From Candidatus Kaiserbacteria bacterium RIFCSPHIGHO2_02_FULL_49_34 (GTDB taxonomy: Bacteria; Patescibacteriota; Minisyncoccia; Phycocordibacterales; UBA918), in assembly GCA_001781205.1 (NCBI GenBank), contig MFLE01000025.1, positions 87,300-151,299 on the forward strand: a stretch of DNA of 64,000 nt, written 5' to 3'. Shown piece by piece: positions 49,224 through 59,648 of the stretch (its first letter is position 1; every line of letters begins with the position of its first letter). The notes beneath the pieces were generated by a model that made no database searches, had not been told where the DNA came from, and saw only the letters and a program-made list of their open reading frames with translations. The position numbers were made by a program, and so were the translations under genes.

Positions 49224-52200
49224 TTACTGCACCAACATATCCGTTGGTGTATGTTCCTGCGCGGCATCACCAAGACCCAGGCGACCGTTGGCGTTGGTGC
49301 CAGTCGAGTACATGGTGCCGTCTTGCTTAATAGCAAAAGAGAAACTATTACCATGACCAATACTCACCCAATTATTTGCAGTACCGACCTGTGTAGGAGT
49401 AGTACGAAGAGCCGTGTCACCAAGTCCTAGTGCGCCAGTTGTGTTATTTCCCCATGCATAGAGCGTATTATTTGTTTTAAGCGCTAACATGTAAACATCA
49501 GTGACCGCGACCGTTCTCCAATTTGTTGCCGTGCCAACCTGTGTGGGAATAGTACGAGCGGTGGTATCGCCATGACCAAGTTTTGAAAACTCATTATCAC
49601 CCCAGGTATAGAGTGTGCCGTTTGTTTTTACCGCTGCCGTTGCAATACTACCAGCCGCAACACTCTCCCAATTCGTATCGATGCCAACCTGTGTTGGCGT
49701 CGTTCGACTCGTGGTGTCACCAAGCCCGAGCTGACTTGAGGTATTGAGCCCCCAGCACCACAGGGTGCCATTTGTTTTGATTGCGCATGCGTACGCGTTG
49801 CCAACCGCGAGTGACTGCCAGTCAGTAGCGGTACCTATTTGTGTGGGGGTAAGCGTGGTTCCCGATGTAATGCCAAGGCCAGTGCGTCCCGCATTGTTAC
49901 TTCCCCATCCATACAGTGTGCCGTCCGTGCGTAGCCCGACAGCAAACGAAGCGCCTCCTCGAACGTCCTTCCAGTTCGTGTCAGTTCCTACCTGTACGGG
50001 ATTGAGCCGCTCGTTTGTGTCACCAAGACCAAGCTGCCCCGCTACGTTTCCTCCCCAGCTCCAGAGTGTGCCATTTGTTTTGATTGCGTATCCTGACAAA
50101 TTTCCTGCATTCGTGTAGTTCCAATCAGTATCGGTGCCAACCTGTGTTGGTGAAAAGTACTGATTTTCATCGCCAAGACCAAGCCGTCCATCTTCACCAA
50201 GCCCCCAGCTCCAGAGGGTGCCATCGTTTTTAACAGCAGACGCATGCGCCACATTTGATTTTGCTGAAACTTGTTTCCAGTTATTAACTGTAAACTTAGT
50301 GAATGCATTACGGGATTGATTCGTACCGATACCAAGCTGACCTACATCATTTGATCCCCATGCATAATAGGTGCCGTCTGTCGTTCTTCCATACGCAGAA
50401 CCATTCCCGGGGGCAATATGACTCCATGTTTTTGTGCCAACTTGTGTAAATGTCAATCTATCAGCACCATAGTCGCCGAGGCCAAGTTGTCCAAAGGCGT
50501 TGCGTCCCGTAGCATACAGAAAGCCACTTGTATCAAGTGCGTGCATATGCACACTACTTGCCTCAACGGTACTCCATTGACCAGATACAAGTGTGGGTGT
50601 TGCGCGCTGCGTGGTATCACCGAGTGCAAGCTCACCAAAAGTATTGTTTCCCCACGTGTACAATGTTGTGCTTGCGAGCGCTACAGAGAAACCGGTACCT
50701 ACCCTAATGTGTGTCCAGTTATTTGCAGAACCTACCTGTGTTGGTGAAAGTGTATTGCCACTCGTGAGGCCGATGCCCGTACGTCCGTTTACGTTACTTC
50801 CCCACGCATAGAGCGTACCGTCGGTTTTGATGGCGAGTGTATGCACCGATGATGACCGAACAGTGCTCCAGTCATTTGCACTGCCAACACGAGTGAAGGT
50901 AGTGCGTTGTGTCGTGTCACCAAAGCCAAGTTGTCCTGAGGAATTAAGCCCTGTTGCCCAGAGCGAGCCGTCGGTTTTGATGGCGAGTGTATGTGTTCCT
51001 CCTGCACCGACATATTCCCAATCAGTATCAGTGCCGACACGCGTTGGGACAAGACGGTCGTTCGTGTCGCCAAGGCCGAGCTGACCATTAAAGTTGTATC
51101 CCCAGGCGTAGAGTTCACCGTTTGTTTTTATCGCAAGTGCGTGATTTCCATTTGCCGAAACTTGTTTCCAATCGGTAGCAGTGCCGATTTGAGTAGGGAT
51201 TGAGCGATGCACTTGATCACCGAGGCCGAGCTGTCCAAATGCGTTGTTACCCCACATCCAGAGTGTCCCCTCCGCAATAGCAGCACCAGAAAGTGTTCTG
51301 CTCTCACTATTAAACACCACATTCTCCCCCGACCACACGCTGGCGCCGAGAGCGATGACACGAATGGTATTGGTGCCCGCACAAATACCCTTCACGCCCG
51401 TGTCGGGAATGCCGATGTTCCAGTAGAGGGTTTTGTAGAGTTCAGCGGCGTCGTTGTCGCGGTAGAAGATATCGAAGCCGACACGAGTATCAGTCGTGCT
51501 TAGTGGCGTGTTCGCGATGGATCCGTAGTCAACGTCGGCGTTTGCCCAGCGCTGGTTTTGTACAGGAATGAAGCCGGTGACAGAACAGCTCATGTCATTG
51601 CCAGACACTTCGATATCGGCACGAGAATTGCCGCGTTGCTGTATGGGTGTCTCGACGTTGTTCTCGATGGTTGACTTTTCACCGAGGTCACGCGTGCCGT
51701 AGTTGATATCGTCGGGAATATTGACGGCAAGGAGAGAGTTCATGGTGATGGTGGCGTCGAGGTTGTGACTCTCGGCTGCTTGATCACTCGTAGCTACTTT
51801 TGCAACCCAGTGTTGCAGGGGAAAACGCCCGCCGGTGTCGGTTGCGTCTACCCAAAAGGCAATGTCGAGCGGGCAGTTGTATTGTATTTCCGTGTCTGAG
51901 ATGGTTGAGGTGGCGAGATCGCAGGAGAGGAGGTGGTAGCAGTTGTTTTTGTCGGCAGTACAGGTATTGTCAAGGGCTGAGCGATAGAAGGCAACGCTGG
52001 TGGTAGCGATGTCCTGTGCGCCGTTGGCGTCGGCAACTATGCCAGTGATGTGAAGCTTGCTGTCTGTGCCGAGCAGTGGGGTAAAGCCAATGGGGTTATA
52101 GACGCCAGTGCCAAATGCTTCGCTCGCGAAGTTGATGGTGTCGACCGTTGGGGGTTCGTTGACAATTTCTGCAGTGGTCGTCACGTCTGCGGCGCCGGTG

Positions 52201-52277
52201 TAGCGGAGAACGATACCGACAATGAGCAGGAATGCGACAGCAATGAGTGTGCCGATGATTTTTATTTGTTGTGTCAT
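49224..52277 (-). CDS. Membrane-anchored RCC1/BLIP-II repeat surface protein
   Basis: About 13-14 repeats of the type GTLWAWG.N..GQLGLGD...R..PTQVGT..W, after a Cys-containing N-terminal domain. Confidence 0.92.
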   Translation of the reverse strand: MTQQIKIIGTLIAVAFLLIVGIVLRYTGAADVTTTAEIVNEPPTVDTINFASEAFGTGVYNPIGFTPLLGTDSKLHITGIVADANGAQDIATTSVAFYRSALDNTCTADKNNCYHLLSCDLATSTISDTEIQYNCPLDIAFWVDATDTGGRFPLQHWVAKVATSDQAAESHNLDATITMNSLLAVNIPDDINYGTRDLGEKSTIENNVETPIQQRGNSRADIEVSGNDMSCSVTGFIPVQNQRWANADVDYGSIANTPLSTTDTRVGFDIFYRDNDAAELYKTLYWNIGIPDTGVKGICAGTNTIRVIALGASVWSGENVVFNSESRTLSGAAIAEGTLWMWGNNAFGQLGLGDQVHRSIPTQIGTATDWKQVSANGNHALAIKTNGELYAWGYNFNGQLGLGDTNDRLVPTRVGTDTDWEYVGAGGTHTLAIKTDGSLWATGLNSSGQLGFGDTTQRTTFTRVGSANDWSTVRSSSVHTLAIKTDGTLYAWGSNVNGRTGIGLTSGNTLSPTQVGSANNWTHIRVGTGFSVALASTTLYTWGNNTFGELALGDTTQRATPTLVSGQWSTVEASSVHMHALDTSGFLYATGRNAFGQLGLGDYGADRLTFTQVGTKTWSHIAPGNGSAYGRTTDGTYYAWGSNDVGQLGIGTNQSRNAFTKFTVNNWKQVSAKSNVAHASAVKNDGTLWSWGLGEDGRLGLGDENQYFSPTQVGTDTDWNYTNAGNLSGYAIKTNGTLWSWGGNVAGQLGLGDTNERLNPVQVGTDTNWKDVRGGASFAVGLRTDGTLYGWGSNNAGRTGLGITSGTTLTPTQIGTATDWQSLAVGNAYACAIKTNGTLWCWGLNTSSQLGLGDTTSRTTPTQVGIDTNWESVAAGSIATAAVKTNGTLYTWGDNEFSKLGHGDTTARTIPTQVGTATNWRTVAVTDVYMLALKTNNTLYAWGNNTTGALGLGDTALRTTPTQVGTANNWVSIGHGNSFSFAIKQDGTMYSTGTNANGRLGLGDAAQEHTPTDMLVQ

Positions 52278-52347
52278 AGGGGTAGTATACCGCTCTTTGC
52301 AAAAAAATATAAATAAAAAAACTCCATGTGGAGTTTTTTGTTCGCTA

Positions 52348-53451
52348 TTAAATTAATTTTACGATGTCACTTATCGTAACGACTGCCATGAGTCCGAGAA
52401 GGAAGAGGAATCCTGCTGCATTGGCGTACATAACGAGTTTTACGGGAAGTGCCTTGCGACGAATTGCTTCAAGAGCAACGAACAGGAGTCGTCCACCGTC
52501 GAGTGCTGGGAATGGCAAGAGGTTGATAACAACGAGGTTAAGGGAGATGAATGCGGTGAGCTGCATTAATGCTACAAAGCCGTTTTGTGCGGCACTGCCC
52601 ACCATCGAGACAAGACCAATCGGTCCTGAGACCTCATCAAGATTCGCCTTTCCGACGAACACTCGCCCAAAGAAGCCGAAGAGGCCTTCCGTTACTGCAA
52701 CAAGCTGCGTGCCTGTTGTCGTGAATCCATGCCAGATTGCTTCATGGACGGGATACGAAACTGTTTCAACTAGTGCAACCGAAAGCCCTACAACAGGACG
52801 GTCAGGCTCATCGGCAATAATACCTGTTTGCGGTACGACAGTGACTGATGTTTCTTCGTCACCGTTTTTATAGGTGACCGTGATAGCGTCTGTCGAAGCG
52901 CCCGTAAACTCACGGAATGCACTTGGCACGAGTTCAGGAGCCGCACCATCTGCGCGTGTAACTGCGACGATTTCCGCGCCCATTGGAATCTTTGCGTCAC
53001 TGGCTGCAGAGCCCGGCGCAACGGACATCACTGTGAGTCGCGAAGCTGCTGATGCTTCTCCTTCAAGCACGACGGTATTCGCGCCAACCATAAAGATAAT
53101 TGAGAACAATATCCACGCGACAAGCGCGTTCATGGTTACACCGGCCACAAGCACGAGTGCCTGCGCCCAGCGTGGCTGTGCAATGAATGAATGTTTAAAA
53201 TCAGGGTCTTTTGCACGTTCTTCGTCACTTTTGAGGAGTGAGTCTTCGCCGTAGATTTTCACAAAGCCGCCGAGCGGAAGTGCGTTGAACGTGTATTCGG
53301 TTTCGCCGAACTTTTTCCCCCAAAGTTTTGGTGGAAATCCAAAGCCGAATTCATCGACGCGCATGCCGGTCTTTTTTGCAATGATGAAGTGCCCCCATTC
53401 GTGTGCGATGACAAGTACGAGGAGTACTGCAAAGAAAATAAGAATAGCCAT
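52348..53451 (-). CDS. rseP: Site-2 protease RseP (M50)
   Basis: HEWGH, PLGGFVKI, PDZ-like region and NLLPFPALDGG. Confidence 0.93.
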   Translation of the reverse strand: MAILIFFAVLLVLVIAHEWGHFIIAKKTGMRVDEFGFGFPPKLWGKKFGETEYTFNALPLGGFVKIYGEDSLLKSDEERAKDPDFKHSFIAQPRWAQALVLVAGVTMNALVAWILFSIIFMVGANTVVLEGEASAASRLTVMSVAPGSAASDAKIPMGAEIVAVTRADGAAPELVPSAFREFTGASTDAITVTYKNGDEETSVTVVPQTGIIADEPDRPVVGLSVALVETVSYPVHEAIWHGFTTTGTQLVAVTEGLFGFFGRVFVGKANLDEVSGPIGLVSMVGSAAQNGFVALMQLTAFISLNLVVINLLPFPALDGGRLLFVALEAIRRKALPVKLVMYANAAGFLFLLGLMAVVTISDIVKLI

Positions 53452-53454
53452 AAA

Positions 53455-53994
53455 TTAAATGCTCATTTCTTTTTCCTTGAGCTCAAAGAGGCTGGCAAGT
53501 TTTGCATTGCTATCGTCGACTTTCTTCTGAAGCACTTCTTTGGCACGACGTTGATCATCTTCGCCTGGAAGTTCGGGGATGATTTTCTTGTTCTCATCGT
53601 CGCGAAGTCCGCGGATTGAGATACGCGCTTCTTCAAGCTTGCTCTTGGCGAGCTTCAAAAGCTGCTCGCGACGCTCCGACGAAAGTTCAGGGAAACTCAC
53701 ACGCATACCGTTGCCGTCTACCACCACAGAAACACCGAGGTCTGCTTCAATGAGTGCTTTCTCGACTGCCTTCACGAGCGACGCATCCCACACGGAAACG
53801 CGCAGTGTGCGTGCTTCTTCAGCCGTCACAGACGCGACCTGATTCATAGCCGACTGCGCACCATACGCACTCACCCGTACACCATCAAGAAGCTGCGGCG
53901 TTGCGCGCCCAGCACGGATACTTGTGTATTCTGTTTGGAGCCATTCAAAAATATCTTTTGCCTTGGCGTCAAAGGCTGAAAAATCATATTGCAT
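53455..53994 (-). CDS. frr: Ribosome recycling factor
   Basis: IRAGRATP, P.LS.ERR and KEKE. Confidence 0.95.
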   Translation of the reverse strand: MQYDFSAFDAKAKDIFEWLQTEYTSIRAGRATPQLLDGVRVSAYGAQSAMNQVASVTAEEARTLRVSVWDASLVKAVEKALIEADLGVSVVVDGNGMRVSFPELSSERREQLLKLAKSKLEEARISIRGLRDDENKKIIPELPGEDDQRRAKEVLQKKVDDSNAKLASLFELKEKEMSI

Positions 53995-54087
53995 ATGCAC
54001 ACACTATACGCCATCACCTCGAAAAACGCAAAAGAAAAGCCGCCAATATCTGGCGGCTGCTTGTGCTTTTAGAGTTTTGCTCAGAAC

Positions 54088-54594
54088 TTAGTGTGTTGCG
54101 TACTGCAAGGTTTCCTTCTGCGTTGCCCGGTCTGCGACAGCCTTGAGGGTTACGTCAAGTGTCTGCACAAATGCCGGCAGGTCTTCATAGACACAGCCTT
54201 GTTTGGTGTGAAGATGAGTTTCGAAGCTATGCCCGAGACGATTCACTGCGTCATCAGCAACTGCAACAGGCGTCATACCATAGTTGAGTGCTGCAATGCG
54301 ATACAACTTATGCGGACTGACATACAACATGTACCGAGCGATTGCATCATGCTTCTTTTGGAGGTGATACCACAGCGCACTGGTCGCATGCTTGACACGA
54401 TGTACGTCGCACACACGCTCCGCGATATCCGCGGGGATGCGCATGCATTCGAGCCCCGTACCCGTAAGGTACAGCGGGATTGCTGCTTTGACACACATAT
54501 CTATGAGTGCCAGAAAGCATGGCTCGACGACATCGTGACTGTCAGTCGCAAACATAAGGCCAGCATCAACAAAGATTACTTGGGGTAATTTCAT
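54088..54594 (-). CDS. Hypothetical protein, possibly a degenerate HAD fold
   Basis: AAGGAG SD; VIFVD N-terminal strand and AAL.YGM.PV. Confidence 0.55.
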   Translation of the reverse strand: MKLPQVIFVDAGLMFATDSHDVVEPCFLALIDMCVKAAIPLYLTGTGLECMRIPADIAERVCDVHRVKHATSALWYHLQKKHDAIARYMLYVSPHKLYRIAALNYGMTPVAVADDAVNRLGHSFETHLHTKQGCVYEDLPAFVQTLDVTLKAVADRATQKETLQYATH

Positions 54595-54682
54595 GCAAAC
54601 TCCTTGCAAATAAGAACGGAAAGAACAAAAATATGCGCTAAAGAACGCACGTTTTTATACCATACTTTTTGAATATATGCAA

Positions 54683-55549
54683 CTATTCCAAGGGATTTTT
54701 ATGCGTCTCGTAGTAATCGACGAGTGCCTTTTCTGGGTTGATACTCAGGAGTTCTTGAATATTCTTGGTGCCAGGATTGCGATTAATTTCGATAAAGTAC
54801 AACTCTCCGTTTTGTGATGACTGCACAATATCCACACCCGCAATGTCGTAATGAAGGAGTGTTGCTGCTTTTTCAGCAAAGGCATAGAGTCGCTTCAAAA
54901 GTTCTGGGTCATGTATCGCTTCCATACTGCCGCCTTGCGCAAGATTGGCACGAAAATCATCTGCCCGAGGAACACGTCTGTTTGCATAGATTGCCGTACC
55001 ACCAATAACATGTACGCGGAAATCACCATCGTATGCTATAAATTCTTGATATATCATCGCATCGCAGTGTCGAAGCTCCTGCTGCAGGGCCTGCAATTCC
55101 GCAGACGAATGAACAAGGAAGACCCCCTCCCCATGCGCACCTGATGATTTTTTGAGCACGAATGTTTCGCCCAATATACTGGAAATTGTTTCGTAGGTAT
55201 CATCGTGCGATGCGGTCAGTGTTTGTGGTGTGCGGAGTTTGCCTTTGAGGAACACTGCTTGCATTGCCTTGTCGTTTGCAGTTCGCAAGCATAGCTCATC
55301 CATGTTCACGAGGGCTGTTTTACCCTGTAGCTTTTCTTTGAGGAGCCAGGAAATTGCGGGGTTCGCAGATGCATAGTAATGCACCACATCATATGATGCG
55401 AGCTTCTTCATATCAACCGAATCCTCAAGCGACGTCATATCAAGCGCCCTCAAGGCAATCATATCAATCTGTATGCCATGCGTCGCGGCAAGCGTAATCT
55501 GTTCCTCTATTTGCGGTGTACGATTATACTTCAAGAGTGCAACCCGCAT
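54683..55549 (-). CDS. RimK family ATP-grasp ligase
   Basis: K..GAHGEGV, QEFI..DFRV, FRANLAQGG, GVDI and EIN.NPG. Confidence 0.9.
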   Translation of the reverse strand: MRVALLKYNRTPQIEEQITLAATHGIQIDMIALRALDMTSLEDSVDMKKLASYDVVHYYASANPAISWLLKEKLQGKTALVNMDELCLRTANDKAMQAVFLKGKLRTPQTLTASHDDTYETISSILGETFVLKKSSGAHGEGVFLVHSSAELQALQQELRHCDAMIYQEFIAYDGDFRVHVIGGTAIYANRRVPRADDFRANLAQGGSMEAIHDPELLKRLYAFAEKAATLLHYDIAGVDIVQSSQNGELYFIEINRNPGTKNIQELLSINPEKALVDYYETHKNPLE

Positions 55550-56832
55550 TACGCGCGTGTTACTTCTACTTGCAAATATTCTTCAACACGACGAATATCA
55601 GCGAGGAGTTGCGACCGGTCACCGTGTGCAAGGAAAATATGGAAAATTGCCTTTCCGCCATTTTTTGCAAAGATTGCCTTGTCGCCACGCTTTTTGATTT
55701 GCGTAAGGTGATTAAATGATTCCAGTGCTTCTATTTTTTTGACGCCCTTTATGCTTGCAATAGTCCCTTCTGTTGCTGCGTACCACTTCATTGCTGCGGC
55801 AAATTTGCCACACTTTTTAGGGATGATAGGTTTCTTTCCCATGCGAATAAGCGCATCGTTCATGCTGTGATTGATACCACAGGTGGTCATGTGGAGATCA
55901 TGGCGGAAACCGCCGATACGTGCACCGATTTCAATAATCTTCCAATCATTGTCCACACGCATGAGTTCAACATGCGCGGTCGTACTACGAAGTCCGAGTG
56001 CATGAATACCCTTCGTTGAAACAGTTTCCGCCATAGCAATCGACTCTTTCGAGAGAATAGTTGGGGTCATTTGGAGGTAGCCGTAGAAATCATCACGACC
56101 AATGTCCTTCCCTGTTTTAATACGAACAATCGGGCAGAAATCTACCTTGCCGCGCGCAGAAACATAGGCATCAACGGAATACATAATGCCGTCCATGTAT
56201 TCTTCGGCAATGACCCGAGGAGCTTCGGTTCGCCCGTTTTCTTTGTATGTTTTTTCAATAAGTGAAAACGTGTCCTTGAGGACCTTCTTCATTTCCGCTT
56301 CGTGATGCACCACACTCACAAGCAAGCTTTGCGCGAGATTTGTTGGCTTTACAATCATTGGATAGCCAATCATTTTTGCCACACGGTCGATTTCCTCGGG
56401 AGTTTGATTTTTAATCTGGGTAAACTTCGGAGTGATTTTTGGATCCCACATTTTGAAGTGACGACGCATGGTGAGTTTATCGCTCGCCCATGCAATTGAT
56501 TCGTCCGTCGGGGTGCTTACATACGGAATATGAGGGATGAGTTTTGCAAAATCCGCAATATACGACTCAGCACGACATGACACCGCACACAATTCGTCTG
56601 CGTAGGGCATAAGCGCCTCATGCAGCGCAAAAGGTTTGGTAAAGTCTACACGAAGTACAATATCAAGATCTTCAACACCTGCCCCTGACTGCTTTGCGGT
56701 CAGATTGCGATCAGTGTTTTCAATCAACATAACACGGTATTCTTCTCCTGTTTCGCGCGTGTGCTGCCGCACTGTCTCAATGACTCCCTCAGGAAGTTTT
56801 GAAACATACGCAATGATGTTTTTTGTCGCCAT
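55549..56832 (-). CDS. ATP-grasp domain protein (L-amino acid ligase-like)
   Basis: DK..MR, IVKP...S, EEY..G, HVEL and IIEIGARIGG. Confidence 0.88.
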   Translation of the reverse strand: MATKNIIAYVSKLPEGVIETVRQHTRETGEEYRVMLIENTDRNLTAKQSGAGVEDLDIVLRVDFTKPFALHEALMPYADELCAVSCRAESYIADFAKLIPHIPYVSTPTDESIAWASDKLTMRRHFKMWDPKITPKFTQIKNQTPEEIDRVAKMIGYPMIVKPTNLAQSLLVSVVHHEAEMKKVLKDTFSLIEKTYKENGRTEAPRVIAEEYMDGIMYSVDAYVSARGKVDFCPIVRIKTGKDIGRDDFYGYLQMTPTILSKESIAMAETVSTKGIHALGLRSTTAHVELMRVDNDWKIIEIGARIGGFRHDLHMTTCGINHSMNDALIRMGKKPIIPKKCGKFAAAMKWYAATEGTIASIKGVKKIEALESFNHLTQIKKRGDKAIFAKNGGKAIFHIFLAHGDRSQLLADIRRVEEYLQVEVTRA

Positions 56833-56931
56833 AGGTGTACACAATACCCGCATACAGCACATTCTGTCAAGACATTGACGGCACGTCCATGACCTGATAG
56901 AGTTCGCGGATATAATATAATTTTCAATACT

Positions 56932-57507
56932 ATGGGAATGCTTGCATGTAATCAGGTGGTGCCGAAGAAGGTGATTGTCTTCGAAGATGAGCCGTACGTA
57001 GTGCTTGGCTCACACGCGTTTAGTAAACAACAGCGCAAGGCGGTAAACGTCGTCAAAATGCGCAACCTGAAAACCGGGCGTTTTGCTGAGGTTACCTTCC
57101 ACCAGCAGGACACTATCGAGGAAGCGGAAATTGAGAATACAAGCGTACTCTATTTATATGAAAACCGTGGCGTGTATGTATTCTGCGATCCGAAGAATCG
57201 CGCTGAACGATTTGAGCTCTCGCCCGACGTTGTTGGCGACGCGATTAAATTTGTCCCCGTCAATACCGAGCTCCAAGCAATGGTCTATGAGGAAGAAATC
57301 ATCGGCATCACGATTCCTATTAAAATGACCCTCAAGGTAAAGGAGTCAGCCCCTGCGGTAAAGGGTAATACCTCGTCTGGCGCTACCAAAGAAGCAATCC
57401 TCGAAACGGGCGCAAAGGTGCAAGTTCCCCTCTTCATTAATGAGGGCGACCTCGTTGCCATCAATACCGAAGAAGGCAACTACTCGGAACGCGTAGAAAA
57501 GGCGTAA
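56932..57507 (+). CDS. efp: Translation elongation factor P
   Basis: KMRNLKTG, PAVKGNT, LETG..VQVPLFINEGD and Y.ER. Confidence 0.93.
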   Translation: MGMLACNQVVPKKVIVFEDEPYVVLGSHAFSKQQRKAVNVVKMRNLKTGRFAEVTFHQQDTIEEAEIENTSVLYLYENRGVYVFCDPKNRAERFELSPDVVGDAIKFVPVNTELQAMVYEEEIIGITIPIKMTLKVKESAPAVKGNTSSGATKEAILETGAKVQVPLFINEGDLVAINTEEGNYSERVEKA

Positions 57508-57597
57508 TATAAGGCGTTTTTAACGCTTTTTTTGTATAACATATTTCGGAGCTCCGCAAGTTTATGCATACGAAAGGCATGGTACACTTGGCGCCAC

Positions 57598-58905
57598 ATG
57601 CAACCAACAATGAATCTTTCTGTCGATGGTGGCGCAAAGCTGCGCGGAACCGTCGTGACGAACACGTCAAAAAATGGTGCGGTTGGGCTTCTTGCCGCTG
57701 CACTCCTGAACAAAAACACCACCACCTTGCGCGGTATGCCTCGCATTGAGGAAGTAAACCGTCACCTTGAAGCACTTGTCTCTATCGGCATGGGTATAGA
57801 GTGGCATGGAGACGACCTCACCCTTACCCCGCCAAAGAAATACGATCTCAAAGCAATCGATTCAGAAGCAGCAATGAAGACCCGTAGTATTATTATGTAC
57901 ATCGGGTCACTCATGCATCACTTCAAGTCGTTTTCAATCCCCCAGTCGGGAGGTTGCAAGCTTGGCAGTCGCACCGTACGTCCGCACTTTTACGCACTCG
58001 AACACTTTGGCGTCCACATTGACACCAAAGACACAGCTTTCAAAGTAACGGTCGACAAAAAGGCGTCGGATGAGGTGATTCTCTACGAATCAGGTGACAC
58101 CGTTACCGAAAACGCTCTCCTAGCCGCTGCACTTACCGAAGGTATCACCACTATCAAATACGCAAGCGCAAACTACATGGTGCAGGAGCTCTGCTTCTTC
58201 CTCGAAGCGTGCGGTATCACTATCGAAGGCATCGGCACCTCAACGCTTCGTGTACATGGTATTCGCGAGATTAGCACACCCATTGTGTACGACCTTGCCG
58301 AAGACCCAACCGACGCAATGTTCTTCCTCACCGCAGCAATCGTGACGAACTCGGCACTGAGCATCACCCGTGTTCCAATTCACTTCCTCGAACTCGAACT
58401 CCTGAAACTTGAAAAAATGAATTTCAAGTACACACGCTCGAAGCCATATTTCTCAAACAATGGACGCACGGTGCTTGTTGATATTAAGACTAAGCCGTCA
58501 CAACTCGTAGCTCTCGAAGAAAAAATTCACCCGAACGTCTACCCTGGACTCAACGCTGACAACCTCCCCTTCTTTGCGGTTATCGCCACACAGGCCGAAG
58601 GCACCACCCTCATCCACGACTGGATGTACGAAAAGCGTGCAATCTACTTCACCGAGCTCGACAAGCTCGGCGCCCACACTGACCTCGCCGACCCACACCG
58701 CATCTTCATCCACGGCAAAACACCACTCCACGCAAACGAGCTCGTCTGCCCACCGGCACTACGCCCGGCAACGATTCTCCTCATCGCAATGCTCGGCGCA
58801 AAAGGCCACTCAATCCTCCGCAACATCTACTCCATCAACCGCGGCTACGAAGGCCTCGTAGAACGCCTCTCCGCCCTCGGCGCAAAAATTTCATATCTGA
58901 AATAA
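57598..58905 (+). CDS. murA: UDP-N-acetylglucosamine 1-carboxyvinyltransferase
   Basis: SKN, GGCKLGSR...H, YPG...D and RGYE. Confidence 0.88.
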   Translation: MQPTMNLSVDGGAKLRGTVVTNTSKNGAVGLLAAALLNKNTTTLRGMPRIEEVNRHLEALVSIGMGIEWHGDDLTLTPPKKYDLKAIDSEAAMKTRSIIMYIGSLMHHFKSFSIPQSGGCKLGSRTVRPHFYALEHFGVHIDTKDTAFKVTVDKKASDEVILYESGDTVTENALLAAALTEGITTIKYASANYMVQELCFFLEACGITIEGIGTSTLRVHGIREISTPIVYDLAEDPTDAMFFLTAAIVTNSALSITRVPIHFLELELLKLEKMNFKYTRSKPYFSNNGRTVLVDIKTKPSQLVALEEKIHPNVYPGLNADNLPFFAVIATQAEGTTLIHDWMYEKRAIYFTELDKLGAHTDLADPHRIFIHGKTPLHANELVCPPALRPATILLIAMLGAKGHSILRNIYSINRGYEGLVERLSALGAKISYLK

Positions 58906-58907
58906 TG

Positions 58908-58944
58908 CAAAACACCTAGCGCAATTATTTGCGCTAGGTGTTTC
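58908..58944. terminator. Bidirectional intrinsic terminator
   Basis: aaaacacctagcgcaa-ttatt-ttgcgctaggtgtttc between convergent murA and pth. Confidence 0.8.
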
Positions 58945-58954
58945 TCGTATCACA

Positions 58955-59518
58955 TTACTTGGTGTGATATTTGAGCATTGCGGTTTCGCGGCCTTCTTTG
59001 ATAATTGTTGTGAGGGCGTCGATGAATGTCTTTGTGCTGCTTTCTATTTTTTGTCGTTCTTCGGGAGTGAAGGGCTTAAGGACGAAAGTAGCTCTAGCGT
59101 CGCCGGTGACGGGGTGATTCGGTTCGATGCCGATGCGTAGGCGGGTGTAGGCGGCAGTGCCGAAGGCACTGGTTACGCTAGCGACACCATTGTGTCCGCC
59201 GGCTCCGGCGTCGTAGGATATTTTAAGGTCGCCGACGGGGACATTGAGTTCGTCATGAATAACAATGGTGTTTTCGGGGAAGAGTCTTGCAGCGAGGACT
59301 ACTTGTCCGCTTTCGTTCATGTAGGTGTCGGAAAGGAGGAGCTGTACGTCGTGATCGCCTATGGTGCCGATACTCTTTTCTGCCTTCAAAAATTTATCGT
59401 GTTTAAATGCTGGAAAATTATTAGCTTCAGAAAACGCACGCAAAATATCCGCACCAATATTGTGGCGCGTTCCAGCGTATTCTGGTTCGGGGTTTCGGAG
59501 TGCTAGTACGGTGATCAT
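58955..59518 (-). CDS. pth: Peptidyl-tRNA hydrolase
   Basis: NP...Y..TRHNIG, TYMNESG, HDEL, GGHNG and RLRIGI. Confidence 0.95.
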   Translation of the reverse strand: MITVLALRNPEPEYAGTRHNIGADILRAFSEANNFPAFKHDKFLKAEKSIGTIGDHDVQLLLSDTYMNESGQVVLAARLFPENTIVIHDELNVPVGDLKISYDAGAGGHNGVASVTSAFGTAAYTRLRIGIEPNHPVTGDARATFVLKPFTPEERQKIESSTKTFIDALTTIIKEGRETAMLKYHTK

Positions 59519-59565
59519 ATATAATTTCTGTTTAATGAGGGGACAAAGTGATGGATTTTGTGGTG

Positions 59566-59639
59566 GTTAAAATCGATTTTAACCATCGCCTTCTTCAAAG
59601 CACCATACCCTCATTTTGTCATCCTGGCGAGATCCAGGC
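59566..59639 (-). repeat. Dispersed ~75-bp intergenic repeat, copy C
   Basis: + strand gttaaaatcgattttaac...ccctcattttgtcatcctggcgagatccaggc. Confidence 0.75.
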
Positions 59640-59648
59640 TGCTGGGCA

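Noticed and set aside
50818-50993. Diversity-generating retroelement TR/VR pair
   Set aside because: The repeat is an exact in-frame coding repeat with no adenine-specific differences, and no reverse transcriptase is present.
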